Below are positions 6,286 through 17,200 of a stretch of 46,932 bases of DNA, in pieces. Below the pieces are notes generated by a model. That model had not been told where the DNA came from and made no database searches. It saw nothing but the letters and a program-made list of their open reading frames with translations. Each line of letters begins with the position of its first letter. Position 1 is the stretch's first letter. The stretch covers positions 1-46,932 of the IMG/VR virus record IMGVR_UViG_3300044513_002891; one strand, given 5' to 3'. A program made the translations under genes and the position numbers. Origin of the DNA: a virus (Duplodnaviria > Caudoviricetes).

Positions 6286-8751
6286 ATGACTACCAAACCA
6301 ACAGCACCTCCAGGCAGAGAACTAAATGCACTAACTGCTACAGAAATTTCAAAACAGTTTGTTCAAGAGAACAAAGATTTACTAAATTCCATGGCGGCAG
6401 GTGAATCAGAAAACACTGGCACAGAGAAAATGCTTGACAGTGAAGATATTAATCCTAATGCTAACAAAACAGAAACAACAATGGAAGAAGATAATACTGC
6501 AACACAGAAAACATCTTCACCTGTTCCAGCAGTTAAGGTAACAATACCTCCACAAAAAATTGCATACACAGCAGATGGTAGAGTGCTATCATTACCTATA
6601 CCAAATCCATTAAGAAAATTTGCAAGTTACAATTACCGCATTGGGTTATATGCACTAAGCAATGATGAAATAAACAATCCTGACGAAACATATAGAATTA
6701 GACGTCCTGCTGTAGGAATATTACAGAGTGGAGGCGGACTTGGAAATTCTAAAGTTTTAACAGCATACGAATCAGATGGTAAAAAAATAGAATTTTATTG
6801 CAATAACTTAGAAGTTGAATCATTAATTTCTCCAAGTAGAAAAAAAGGAACAACTAATGCTGTTGGGTTTAGATTAGAAATTATGGAACCTTATAGTATG
6901 GGGTTATTTTTACAAACTCTACAATTAGGTGCATATCAAGCAGGACACGAAAACTATCTTGAATCTCCGTTTTTATTAGTTTTAGATTTTGTTGGTTTTG
7001 ACAATGACGGAAATCCTACAGAAGTTCCTGAATCAACAAAGATGTTGCCCTTTAAACTTGTAGGCAGTGACTTAGAAGTTACAGCAGGAGGAAGTTCTTA
7101 TGTCGTTGAAGGTGTTGCATACAACGAAGGAGCGTTAAAAGATGCTACACAAAGTATTCCTTGTGATGTTACCTTGGTTGGTAGAACAATTGAAGAATTA
7201 TTACAAAGTAGTCCAAAGAGTTTATCCACAGAACTAAACAAGTATTTTGGTAAAAAAGCATTAGATAAAACTATTACAACAGCAGATCAGTACTTTGTTG
7301 TGTTTCCAAAAGAACGTGCAACAAAAGGGTCATTATCTAACTCATCAAGTGATGGCGGTGCAGGTGCAACGACTCAAAAACAAACAGGCGGCAAGATAAG
7401 TGTTAGCAGTAATTCTGCAAAAAAGAGCAGTACCGCCGTTGCATCTCTACAAGAACTTTATGCTATGATTAAAGGTGGCGACCTACCAGAAGACTTTAAC
7501 TTATATACAAACGAAAATTTGACATTAGTTCAAACAACTTCTTTAGGACAAGATATTACAGACAAACAAACAGGTTCAAAGAATTCTAACCCAATTGGAA
7601 ATTCTAAAATGTTTAGGCTTGAAGAATTAGGTAGTACAAGTCAACCATTTGGTGATGCAGGATTTACCTATGACAAAGAAAAAAATGTTTGGTCACGTAG
7701 CAACGGGCAGTTACAGATTGTTCCAGGCCTTGGTGAAATTAAGTTTACCCAAGGAACAAGAATACAAGATATTATTGAAGAACTTATTATCCTAAGTGAC
7801 TATGGTAGAAGTATAGTTGATGCACCAGCAGACTCGTTAGGGTTTAAAGATTGGTTTAAAATTGACACACAGGTGTTTAATATTAGTGACAAAGAAACAG
7901 AAAAGAAAACCGGTCAACCTCCAAGAATTTATGTGTTTAGAATTTTACCTTACAAAGTACACGAAGCAAAATTTTTATCACCTGACAAAATACCATATGG
8001 TATTAGAGCATTAAAAGCACAGGTATGTAAAGAATACAATTATATCTACAGTGGCAAGAACGAAGATATTCTTAACTTTAATATTAACTTAGACAACAGT
8101 TTCTTTAAAAGCATTTCGCCAGGTGTATTACCTAAACAGAATATTGCTGATGCAACCAAAGAGGGAGAAAACCCACAAGAAAAAGTTGAGCAAACTCCAG
8201 CGGATAATGATCAAGTAATTTCTGGCAAAACTCAAGCAGTTATTGAAAACAATTCAAGAGCCGCAGGTGCTGTAAACGTTGATGATATGCGAGTTGAAAT
8301 TGCAAGACGTTTCAATGATGCCATTGTAAACTCCAACGTTGACTTAATTACTATTGAGATGGAAATTTGGGGAGATCCTTACTATATTGCTGATAGCGGT
8401 ATTGGTAACTACAACTCAGAAAATACAGAATTTATTAACATTGATGCTGACGGAAGCATAGATTACCAATATGGTGAAGTGGATATACAAATTAATTTTA
8501 GAACACCAGTTGATTACAAAGCCAACGGTATGATGGGATTTCCAGATGAAACTATTGCAGTAGATGCCTTTAGTGGATTATACCAAGTAACTATAGTAAA
8601 AAATTCTTTGTCAAACGGTGAATTTAAACAAACACTTGAATGTGTTAGAAGACCTAATCAGTATACCAAGAAAGCCACTGCACAGGCAGGCGAAAAAACA
8701 GCACAAGAAATTAAAGTTGACAGCGCCGGCAGGATACAAGGAGGAACATAA
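6286..8751 (+). CDS. baseplate hub protein (gp27 / Mu gp44-like)
   Basis: Lies between gp53 and gp5; C-terminal EIWGDP...FSGLYQVTIVKNSLSNGEFKQTL is typical of hub proteins. Confidence 0.65.
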   Translation: MTTKPTAPPGRELNALTATEISKQFVQENKDLLNSMAAGESENTGTEKMLDSEDINPNANKTETTMEEDNTATQKTSSPVPAVKVTIPPQKIAYTADGRVLSLPIPNPLRKFASYNYRIGLYALSNDEINNPDETYRIRRPAVGILQSGGGLGNSKVLTAYESDGKKIEFYCNNLEVESLISPSRKKGTTNAVGFRLEIMEPYSMGLFLQTLQLGAYQAGHENYLESPFLLVLDFVGFDNDGNPTEVPESTKMLPFKLVGSDLEVTAGGSSYVVEGVAYNEGALKDATQSIPCDVTLVGRTIEELLQSSPKSLSTELNKYFGKKALDKTITTADQYFVVFPKERATKGSLSNSSSDGGAGATTQKQTGGKISVSSNSAKKSSTAVASLQELYAMIKGGDLPEDFNLYTNENLTLVQTTSLGQDITDKQTGSKNSNPIGNSKMFRLEELGSTSQPFGDAGFTYDKEKNVWSRSNGQLQIVPGLGEIKFTQGTRIQDIIEELIILSDYGRSIVDAPADSLGFKDWFKIDTQVFNISDKETEKKTGQPPRIYVFRILPYKVHEAKFLSPDKIPYGIRALKAQVCKEYNYIYSGKNEDILNFNINLDNSFFKSISPGVLPKQNIADATKEGENPQEKVEQTPADNDQVISGKTQAVIENNSRAAGAVNVDDMRVEIARRFNDAIVNSNVDLITIEMEIWGDPYYIADSGIGNYNSENTEFINIDADGSIDYQYGEVDIQINFRTPVDYKANGMMGFPDETIAVDAFSGLYQVTIVKNSLSNGEFKQTLECVRRPNQYTKKATAQAGEKTAQEIKVDSAGRIQGGT

Positions 8752-8754
8752 TAG

Positions 8755-10287
8755 ATGGGACAAGATACACGTACCGCTGGCAGTGAAGTCCATCTTAGTT
8801 ATGGACCGTATATTGGTCGAGTTATTGGACACCTTGATCCTAATTATCAAGGGTCGCTTGAAGTACAACTATTAAAATTCAACACAAGTAACAACCAAGG
8901 ACAAGAAGGTCAGACATTTAAAGTTAGATATGGCGGTCCTTTTGCAGGACAAACACCTGCGTCAGCAGTTACTAAAAATGATGGATACAAATATTCGCAA
9001 CAAAGTTATGGTATGTGGATGACACCGCCAGATATTGGCACACAGGTTATTGTTGTGTTTATTGAAGGACAAGCAAACCTGGGTTTTTGGATCGGTTGTG
9101 TAAGTGACAACTACATTAACTTTTCAATGCCTGACAGAGTTGCAACAAGTTTCTATGCAGGAAGTCCTACAGGCCAAGGAGCAAAATTATCCGTTGGTAA
9201 CACAGGCAAAGCAGTTGTAGGTGAAATTAACAAAAAGAATCTCGCAGACAACAAAGGTAACGACCCAACAAAATATAAAAAACCTATCAATGAAGATTGG
9301 ATGGATATCCTTTGGGGCATGGGATTAGATTCAGACGGAACAAGAGGATTAAGTTCAGCAAGTGCAAGACGTGAAGTACCAAGTATGGTATTTGGTATTT
9401 CAACTCCAGGACCATATGACAAACGTCCAGGTTATGTTAAAGCCAAATACGGTTCCGCAGGAACACAAGCGGATATTCCGTTCGGCCGCCTCGGCGGAAC
9501 GCACTTTGTTATGGACGACGGTGATGACAAATTTTTACGTAAAGGTTCCGCGTCTACAACTGGAAAAGAATATGCAAGTGTAGGCAAAGGCGAAAAAGAT
9601 GGTTTGCCACAAATACCAGCCAATGAGTTAATGCGTATCAGAACAAGAACAGGACATCAAATACTGTTTCATAATTCAGAAGACTTAATACGTATAGATC
9701 ACGGCAGTGGTAACAGTTGGATTGAAATGAGTGCTAATGGCAAGATTGATATCTATGCAAAAGATTCTATTAGTATGCACACTGAAAACGATCTAAACAT
9801 TACTGCTGATAGAGACATTAATCTTCATGCAGGACGTAAAACAAATATATTAAGTGAAAGTGACATTCAAATTGAAACTGACACTAACATGACTACATTG
9901 GTTAAAGGTAATACCAAGTTAACTACTACCAAAGACTATGATGTTAACACAGGTGGACACAATTGGTTTACAGCAGGAGGTCCAACAGATATCTTAAGTG
10001 GAGGCAACCATACAGAGACCGCACCGAACATTCACATGAATGGGCCGCAGGCCGCTACCGCTGTCGCTGTAACTCCGTTAAGCACACACGTACTTCCTGG
10101 CTTAACCGCTACCGCGGTTGCTTCGCTTCACAAACGCTTACCACAGCACGAGCCGTGGGGACACCATGAAAACGTAGATCCAACAAATTACACTGCAATA
10201 ATGACAGATCGTGATAATGATGCACTACTGATCTCGTTACCAGATCTTGACACATTGCCAGATACATTTAAAAAGGACGGTGCGTAA
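8755..10287 (+). CDS. gp5: baseplate central spike gp5/VgrG-like, without a lysozyme domain
   Basis: N-terminal OB-fold pattern (DP..G...V; PPDIGTQVIVVFIEG...FWIG), RTRTGHQILF, and C-terminal beta-helix repeats. Confidence 0.85.
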   Translation: MGQDTRTAGSEVHLSYGPYIGRVIGHLDPNYQGSLEVQLLKFNTSNNQGQEGQTFKVRYGGPFAGQTPASAVTKNDGYKYSQQSYGMWMTPPDIGTQVIVVFIEGQANLGFWIGCVSDNYINFSMPDRVATSFYAGSPTGQGAKLSVGNTGKAVVGEINKKNLADNKGNDPTKYKKPINEDWMDILWGMGLDSDGTRGLSSASARREVPSMVFGISTPGPYDKRPGYVKAKYGSAGTQADIPFGRLGGTHFVMDDGDDKFLRKGSASTTGKEYASVGKGEKDGLPQIPANELMRIRTRTGHQILFHNSEDLIRIDHGSGNSWIEMSANGKIDIYAKDSISMHTENDLNITADRDINLHAGRKTNILSESDIQIETDTNMTTLVKGNTKLTTTKDYDVNTGGHNWFTAGGPTDILSGGNHTETAPNIHMNGPQAATAVAVTPLSTHVLPGLTATAVASLHKRLPQHEPWGHHENVDPTNYTAIMTDRDNDALLISLPDLDTLPDTFKKDGA

Positions 10288-10294
10288 TAGCACA

Positions 10295-10300
10295 TAAATA
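10295..10300 (+). promoter_or_regulatory. late promoter TAAATA, 5 nt before the gp25 ATG
   Basis: CATAAATA-TTGAT-ATG in an 18-bp intergenic gap. Confidence 0.7.
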
Positions 10301-10305
10301 TTGAT

Positions 10306-10752
10306 ATGAGTAGTTTAGAAAAAGACACAATACAGAATATTAAAGTTAAGGAATCTAACAAGCAAAAGCCTATTGTAAAACAACAGACTTACAGAGGTTT
10401 AAGCACAGTAAATCCTGACAATCTATCATATACTTTGTATGATATTGGGTTGATTAAACAAGACTTACTAAACCACTTCCATATACGTCAAGGAGAAAAA
10501 TTAGAAAACCCCGAATTTGGAACAATTATTTGGGACGTTTTATTTGAACCGTTAACTGAGAATCTAAAAGAAGCAATAGCAGACAACGTTACAACTATTA
10601 TTAACAGTGATCCAAGGATTAATGCTAATAGAGTCATTGTTGACCAGTATGAAAGTGGTATACAGATTGAGTGCGAACTACAATACCTACCATATAACAT
10701 CTCTGAGCAAATGAAGTTACAGTTTGATCAACGCAACGGCTTCTTAGATTAG
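10306..10752 (+). CDS. gp25: baseplate wedge subunit gp25
   Basis: IKQDLLNHFHIRQGEKLENPEFGTIIWDVLFEP...DPRI matches the GPW/gp25 pattern. Confidence 0.92.
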   Translation: MSSLEKDTIQNIKVKESNKQKPIVKQQTYRGLSTVNPDNLSYTLYDIGLIKQDLLNHFHIRQGEKLENPEFGTIIWDVLFEPLTENLKEAIADNVTTIINSDPRINANRVIVDQYESGIQIECELQYLPYNISEQMKLQFDQRNGFLD

Positions 10753-10782
10753 AGAATTAAGTACTCTGTTAACACAAACAAA

Positions 10783-10788
10783 TAAATA
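10783..10788 (+). promoter_or_regulatory. late promoter TAAATA upstream of gp6
   Basis: AATAAATACTTATA followed by an AAGGA RBS; a second TAAGTA lies at 10758-10763. Confidence 0.65.
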
Positions 10789-10809
10789 CTTATAATAAGG
10801 AAAGCATAA

Positions 10810-13800
10810 ATGTCAACAACAGATAGACAAAATAGATTACTACTTGCAGAAGACTGGAAGAAAGTATATCAAACATTTAAAAACGCAGACTTTAAGTCGT
10901 ATGACTTTGATAGTCTACGTCGTACAATGATTAACTATCTGCGTGAAAATTATCCAGAAGATTTCAACGATTATATTGAGTCCTCAGAGTATCTTGCACT
11001 TATTGATTTAATTGCATACTTAGGTCAAAACCTTGCTTTCCGAGTAGACCTAAATGCAAGAGAAAACTATTTAGAGTTAGCAGAACGTCGTGAGAGTATT
11101 TTACGTTTAGCGAGATTGCTTTCCTATAATCCTAAACGTAATCAAGCATCAAACGGTTTGCTAAAATTTGAAAGTGTAAGTACTTCTGAGGACATTTTCG
11201 ACAGTAACGGTGTTAACCTTGCTAATCAAACTATTGTTTGGAATGATCCAAGTAATCCTGATTGGGCAGAACAATTTAGAAAAGTTCTAAATGCAACACT
11301 TCCTGAAAATGCTATTGTTGGTCGACCTGTTAAAAAGTATGACATTAATGGTATTACAACAGAACAGTATCGTTACAATGCAACAAATACAAATCTACCA
11401 GTTTATAGTTTTAATAAAAACATTGGTGAAAAAAATCTTGTATTTGAAGTAACATCAGCAGGTATTACAAAAGACAAAATTTACGAAGAAGATCCGTTGC
11501 CAGGTAACAGTCTTGCATTTTTATATAGAGAAGATGGCAAAGGTGCTGGAAGTACAAACACTGGATATTTTTTACACTTTAGACAAGGTGTTTTAGACAA
11601 CGGTGTTTTCACAGTTAATAATCCTACAGCAAATCAAACAGTTGCAATTGATGCCACAAACATTAACAACTCAGATGTTTGGTTATACAAGTTAGATTCA
11701 AACGGTAACGAAGAAGCGTTATGGACCAAAGTAGATGCTGTCGAAGGTAACAACGTAATCTACAATAGTTTAAGTAAAAATCAAAGAGACATTTATACAG
11801 TTCTAACAAGAATTGAAGATAGAATTAGTTTATTATTTGCAGACGGTACATTTGGTAATTTGCCTAAAGGTAAATTTAGAGTTTACTACAGAAAATCAAT
11901 TGGTAAAAAGTTTTCTATTCAACCTGAAGAAATGTCAAACATTACTATTTCTGTTCCTTATGAAAGTAGAGCAGGAAGTAATGAAACATTGAATATTGTT
12001 GCATCATTAAAATATACAGTTGATAATGCAAGTGCTCCAGAAACAAATCAAAGCATTAAAGAAAATGCTCCGTCAACATTCTATACACAAAATAGAATGA
12101 TTACAGGTGAAGATTATCAAGTTGCTCCAAGAGCAATTAGCCAAGAAATTATTAAGAGTAAAAGTATTAACAGAACATCAAGCGGTATTAGCAGATACTT
12201 TGATTTAATTGACTCAACAGGAAAGTATTCAAGTACTAATATTTACGGTAACGATGGTGCAATTTACAAAGAAACGTTTGATAAGAAAATTAACTTTTCA
12301 TTTGTAACAAGAACAGATGTTGAAGGACGTATTGAAAATACAGTACAACCTATTTTACAAAATATATTAATTAGAAACTTTTATCTTAGCGAGTTTCCTA
12401 AAACTTCTGCAACTGACTTAAATGCTACATGGACACAAGTTGCAAGACAAACAAATAACTCCAGTGGTTATTTAAAAGACACTCTTGACATTACATTAAC
12501 TACAGGAGCATTTACTGGTAGTACATTAAGATATATCGAACCAGGTGCACTTGTAAAATTTATATCACCTGCAGGTCAACACTTTATGACTAACGACTTT
12601 AATAAGTTGATGGCTGGACCTGCTGATCATCCTGATTCAACAAATGTTCTTTGGACAAAAGTTGTTCAAGTAAACGGTGACGGTACAGAAAATTATGCCG
12701 ATGGTCAAGGACCTATTATCTTTAATGATGTGATCCCAACAGGTGCATTACTAAGTGAAATTAAACCTAAGTTTGCAACAGCACTTACAGCAGATGTAAT
12801 TTCGCAAATGATTGATCAAATTTTTGCTTATAAGACATTTGGTTTACGTTACAGTCTTACAGATAGACAATGGCGTGTGATTCTAAACAGTAACCTAAGT
12901 ATCGGAAATGCATTTAACACAGGTAGATCAGGCGATAGTTCAAATCAAAATTTAGATTCAAGTTGGATCTTATTATTTGAAACCGATGGCGAAAAATACA
13001 CTATTACATATAGAGGTGTACGTTACATTTTTGAAAGTGACAAAGAAGTAAGATTTTACTATGACGAAACTGATCAAATTTATGATAGCAGATCGGGTAA
13101 AATTATAACAGACAAAATTAACTTATTATCTATTAATAAGCAACCGGATAAAGTAGAGTCATTTACTTTAGACAATCCTTGGCAAATTACAAAAGAATAC
13201 AGAGATGAAGAAGGTTATGTTAACAGCAAGAAAGTTGAAATAAGTTTCTTTGATAGCGATGCTGACGGTGTAATTGATAACCCAGATGCATTTACAACTT
13301 TTGTTGCGCCTGAAACTAATTCATTGACAAAGTGGGTGTTTGCAAAAGAAGAAATTACAAACAATCAGTCAACTAACTTTAACTATGTTGTTGCTCAAGC
13401 CGAGGGCATTAGAGTTTACTCAACAGAAACAGCAACTGGTCCGTTATCTGTATTTGATAATGGTACAATATTTTATTTTGTAGACGTTGATGTTTTCAAA
13501 CAATATTCGTCAACTACAGGTCAATTAAGTTTGATAACAAATTATAAAGCATACAAAGGAAGAGATAAAATTAAATTCCAGTATGTTCACAGTGCAGATG
13601 AAAACAATAGATTAGATCCAAGCAGTACAAATATCATTGACACTTATCTATTAACATCAACATATGATAAACAGTTTAGAGAATATCTAAGTGGTGTTCG
13701 CGAACAAAAACCTTTGCCACCAAGTTCGGACAATTTGTTCCAATCATTTGGTGCAGACATTAACAAGATTAAAAGTATTAGTGATGAAGTAATTTATCAT

Positions 13801-14256
13801 CCTGTAAAATATAAAATCTTGTTTGGTAATAAAGCAGATGTAGATTTACAGGCTGTATTTAAAGTTGTTAAAAATACAGAACAAGTTACAAATGATAACG
13901 ATATTAAGTTACGTATTATTACAGCAATCAACCAGTTCTTTAGTTTAGAGTATTGGGACTTCGGTGATAAGTTTAGTTTTAGTGAATTGTCAACTTATAT
14001 TATGAATTCGTTAGCACCAGATATTAACACGATTGTGTTAGTACCTAAACAAACAGAAAAAGTGTTTGGAAGTTTATACGAAATTACAACCGAAAGTGAC
14101 GAGATCTTTATTTCAAGTGCAACAGTAGATGATGTAGAAATTATTGATAGCATTACAGCATCAAGACTAAAAGCAAGTGGTGCAATTACAACTACAGCAA
14201 CAACAGAGAGTTCAGGCATTACATCAAGTTCTAACACTGGAGGAAGTAATTACTAA
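10810..14256 (+). CDS. gp6: baseplate wedge protein gp6-like (1148 aa)
   Basis: DFDSLRRTMINYL, ENYLELAERRESILRLARLLSYNPKR, LFADGTFGNLP, QNRMITGEDY; follows gp25. Confidence 0.9.
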   Translation: MSTTDRQNRLLLAEDWKKVYQTFKNADFKSYDFDSLRRTMINYLRENYPEDFNDYIESSEYLALIDLIAYLGQNLAFRVDLNARENYLELAERRESILRLARLLSYNPKRNQASNGLLKFESVSTSEDIFDSNGVNLANQTIVWNDPSNPDWAEQFRKVLNATLPENAIVGRPVKKYDINGITTEQYRYNATNTNLPVYSFNKNIGEKNLVFEVTSAGITKDKIYEEDPLPGNSLAFLYREDGKGAGSTNTGYFLHFRQGVLDNGVFTVNNPTANQTVAIDATNINNSDVWLYKLDSNGNEEALWTKVDAVEGNNVIYNSLSKNQRDIYTVLTRIEDRISLLFADGTFGNLPKGKFRVYYRKSIGKKFSIQPEEMSNITISVPYESRAGSNETLNIVASLKYTVDNASAPETNQSIKENAPSTFYTQNRMITGEDYQVAPRAISQEIIKSKSINRTSSGISRYFDLIDSTGKYSSTNIYGNDGAIYKETFDKKINFSFVTRTDVEGRIENTVQPILQNILIRNFYLSEFPKTSATDLNATWTQVARQTNNSSGYLKDTLDITLTTGAFTGSTLRYIEPGALVKFISPAGQHFMTNDFNKLMAGPADHPDSTNVLWTKVVQVNGDGTENYADGQGPIIFNDVIPTGALLSEIKPKFATALTADVISQMIDQIFAYKTFGLRYSLTDRQWRVILNSNLSIGNAFNTGRSGDSSNQNLDSSWILLFETDGEKYTITYRGVRYIFESDKEVRFYYDETDQIYDSRSGKIITDKINLLSINKQPDKVESFTLDNPWQITKEYRDEEGYVNSKKVEISFFDSDADGVIDNPDAFTTFVAPETNSLTKWVFAKEEITNNQSTNFNYVVAQAEGIRVYSTETATGPLSVFDNGTIFYFVDVDVFKQYSSTTGQLSLITNYKAYKGRDKIKFQYVHSADENNRLDPSSTNIIDTYLLTSTYDKQFREYLSGVREQKPLPPSSDNLFQSFGADINKIKSISDEVIYHPVKYKILFGNKADVDLQAVFKVVKNTEQVTNDNDIKLRIITAINQFFSLEYWDFGDKFSFSELSTYIMNSLAPDINTIVLVPKQTEKVFGSLYEITTESDEIFISSATVDDVEIIDSITASRLKASGAITTTATTESSGITSSSNTGGSNY

Positions 14257-17200
14257 TGGCATATGATAACGATCAGAACGAGTTTCCGATTAATCCAGAT
14301 GGTGAAAACGAGAAAAGAACAAGTTTAAGCCATTTACCTCGTTATTTCAGAACTCCAGCAAACAAAAAGTTTTTATCAAGTACAATTGATCAACTTGTTC
14401 AACCCGGTGTGGTTGAAAAACTTAATGCCTATTACGGTAGACGAGATGCTAAAGCATTTACTGCCGACGACAATTATGTTGGTGATGTTACAAAACAAAG
14501 AGAAGATTATCAAGTAGAACCAGCAGTAGTTTTAAAAGATGATGTAGACAATGTTACATTCTATAAAGACTACAATGATTTTATTAACCAACTAAGATCT
14601 TTTGGAAATAACAATCCAGATCACAGCAAAATAAATGCACAAGAATATTATGCATGGAATCCCCATATTGATTGGGATAAGTTTGTTAACTTTAGAGAGT
14701 ATTATTGGTTACCTTCAGGACCTCAGGTATTACCTATCTATGGGCAATCAAAAGAAATAGTCTCAACATTTAAAGTATCATTAGAGGAGAACGCCGACAA
14801 TGTAGCATATAAATTTACGCCAACGGGTTTAACACAAAATCCTACTTTAAAACTATATAAAGGTCAAACTTACATATTTGAAATTGACACGCCTGGACAT
14901 CCGATCGCATTTGCAACTAATAGAGCCTTTACTCCAGGACAAGCAATTATTACTGAAACAGTAGAAGGGGTGTTGGCACCTGGTAAGTTTGAAGCAGAAA
15001 TTTATGACAGCGATGGATACGATACTGGCGAATACATAGTTGAACCAGTAGAAGGTGGTATCACAGGATTTACAGAAGGCGAAAACATATCAACATTGTT
15101 TACTGACGGAGTTGAGTCAGCAACAGTGTTTGTTGAGAAAGGAACATTAAAATTCACGGTGCCTTTAGATGCACCAGATAGACTATTCTACATTAGTAAA
15201 AATGATGTTAATACAAGTGGTGTAATTTTAATGTATAACATCTTAGAAAATACAGAAATAAATGTAGAAGAAGAAATCCTTCAGAAGAAAACATATACAA
15301 CAAGAACCGATGTTGATTTATCAAACGGTATGCTTGTTGAATTTTTAGGTGATGTAACTCCTGCAAAATACGGAGAAGGTACTTGGTACGTTGAAGGTGT
15401 TGGTGAAAGCATTCAACTTATTAAAAAAACAGACTTAGAAATCACTGGAGAATACAGTGCTAATTTGTTTGTTCCTTTTGATAGTGAAAACTTTGACAAA
15501 CTTCCTTTTGGTCAAGCACTTAACTATCCTAAAGATAAAGATTATATTACAATTAACCGTGCGGCAATTGATGGTAATCCGTGGTCAAGACATAACAGAT
15601 GGTTTCATAGAGACACTATTGAAAGTACTGCTAAAGCAAACGGCACACAACCAGATCTTGATCAAGCACAAAGAGCCAAAAGACCGATCATTGAATTTGA
15701 TGCAGGTCTAAGACTTTATAACTTTGGTTCAAAATTCAAAGCAAACGTTGACCTAATTGATGATAAAACTATTGACGTATTTTCAACTATTGAAGGTTCA
15801 ATAGGTTATAACATTGATGGTATTGATCTAATTGAAGGTCAGCGTATTTTGTTTACAGCAGATCCAGACATTCGCGTTAATGGTAGAATTTATAAAGTTT
15901 CTTTTATCAATCAACTCGGCACAAGACAACTTGCATTACGAGAAGAAACAGATACAGAGCCTGTAACTAATGAAACTGTATTAGTTCGCAACGGTATTGT
16001 AAACCAAGGTAAAGTATATTGGTATAATGGTACTAAATGGATTAAAGGACAGGATAAACTAAAAGCAAATCAAGCACCGTTGTTTGACTTATACGATGCA
16101 ACAAACAGTACTTTCCAAGACTATAGCAGTAATACTTTTAAAGGTACAAAGTTATTTTCATATAAAGTTGGAACAGGTACCAATGACAGTGAATTAGGAT
16201 TTCCTTTAAGTTATCGAAATATTGAAAACAGTGGTGACATTGTTTTTGACTTTAATTTATTAAATGACGAATTTACATATCAATCAGGCCAAGTAAATTA
16301 CACACAAAAAACTGATGTTGCTACACTAAGAAAGTATACAGATCTTAATGTGTATACTAACGTAAGCGGCTGGAAAAAAGCACCAACCGAAAGTAAACAA
16401 AAAGTTATTCGTGCATATGTTGTTTCAGGAAAGAAAAATAATTTTGCAGTTGATGTTTACAACAACAGCGGAGACCTTAATCAATTAGAAGTAAAAGTTT
16501 TTGTTAATAATGCAAGAAGAACTGATTGGGGAATCAATAGAGAAAACGGAACAGCATATATTACCTTTGATAAAGATTTAACTAACGGTGACAATGTTAT
16601 TTTACATTGTACAAGTGAAGCAGACAAAAACGATAACGGTCATTATGCATTTCCTATTAACTTAGGAAATAATCCGCTAAATGAAAATATTAAAGATTTT
16701 ACATACGGTGAAGTAGCAGACCATGTAACAACAATAATTGAAAATGTTACAGGGTTTTCAGGAACATATCCGGGAAGCAGTAACTTACGTAATTTAGGTC
16801 AACTATCAGAATATGGTACAAAATTTGTACAGCATTCTGGACCTGCTACATTAGCATCATATCATATTACAAATAAAAACTATAACATTGTAAAAGCGTT
16901 ACGTTTTGCAAGAAAAGAGTATGCAAAGTTTAAAAGATCATTCCTTGCTATTGCAAACGAACTTGGCATTGACGGCAGTTCGAGATATGTTGTTGATGAA
17001 GCAATTAAAAAATGGCAATCAGAAAAATCTAAGCAAACAGCATTTTATTGGTCAGATATGATCGGTAATGGCGCAAACAAAAAACGCAGTTTTACAGTTA
17101 CTGATATTGAAAACAAGTTTTATAGTTTAACAACACCATTTACACTAAACAGTATTTCTGCTATTGCAGTTTATGTTTACTTAAATGACACTCAGTTATT

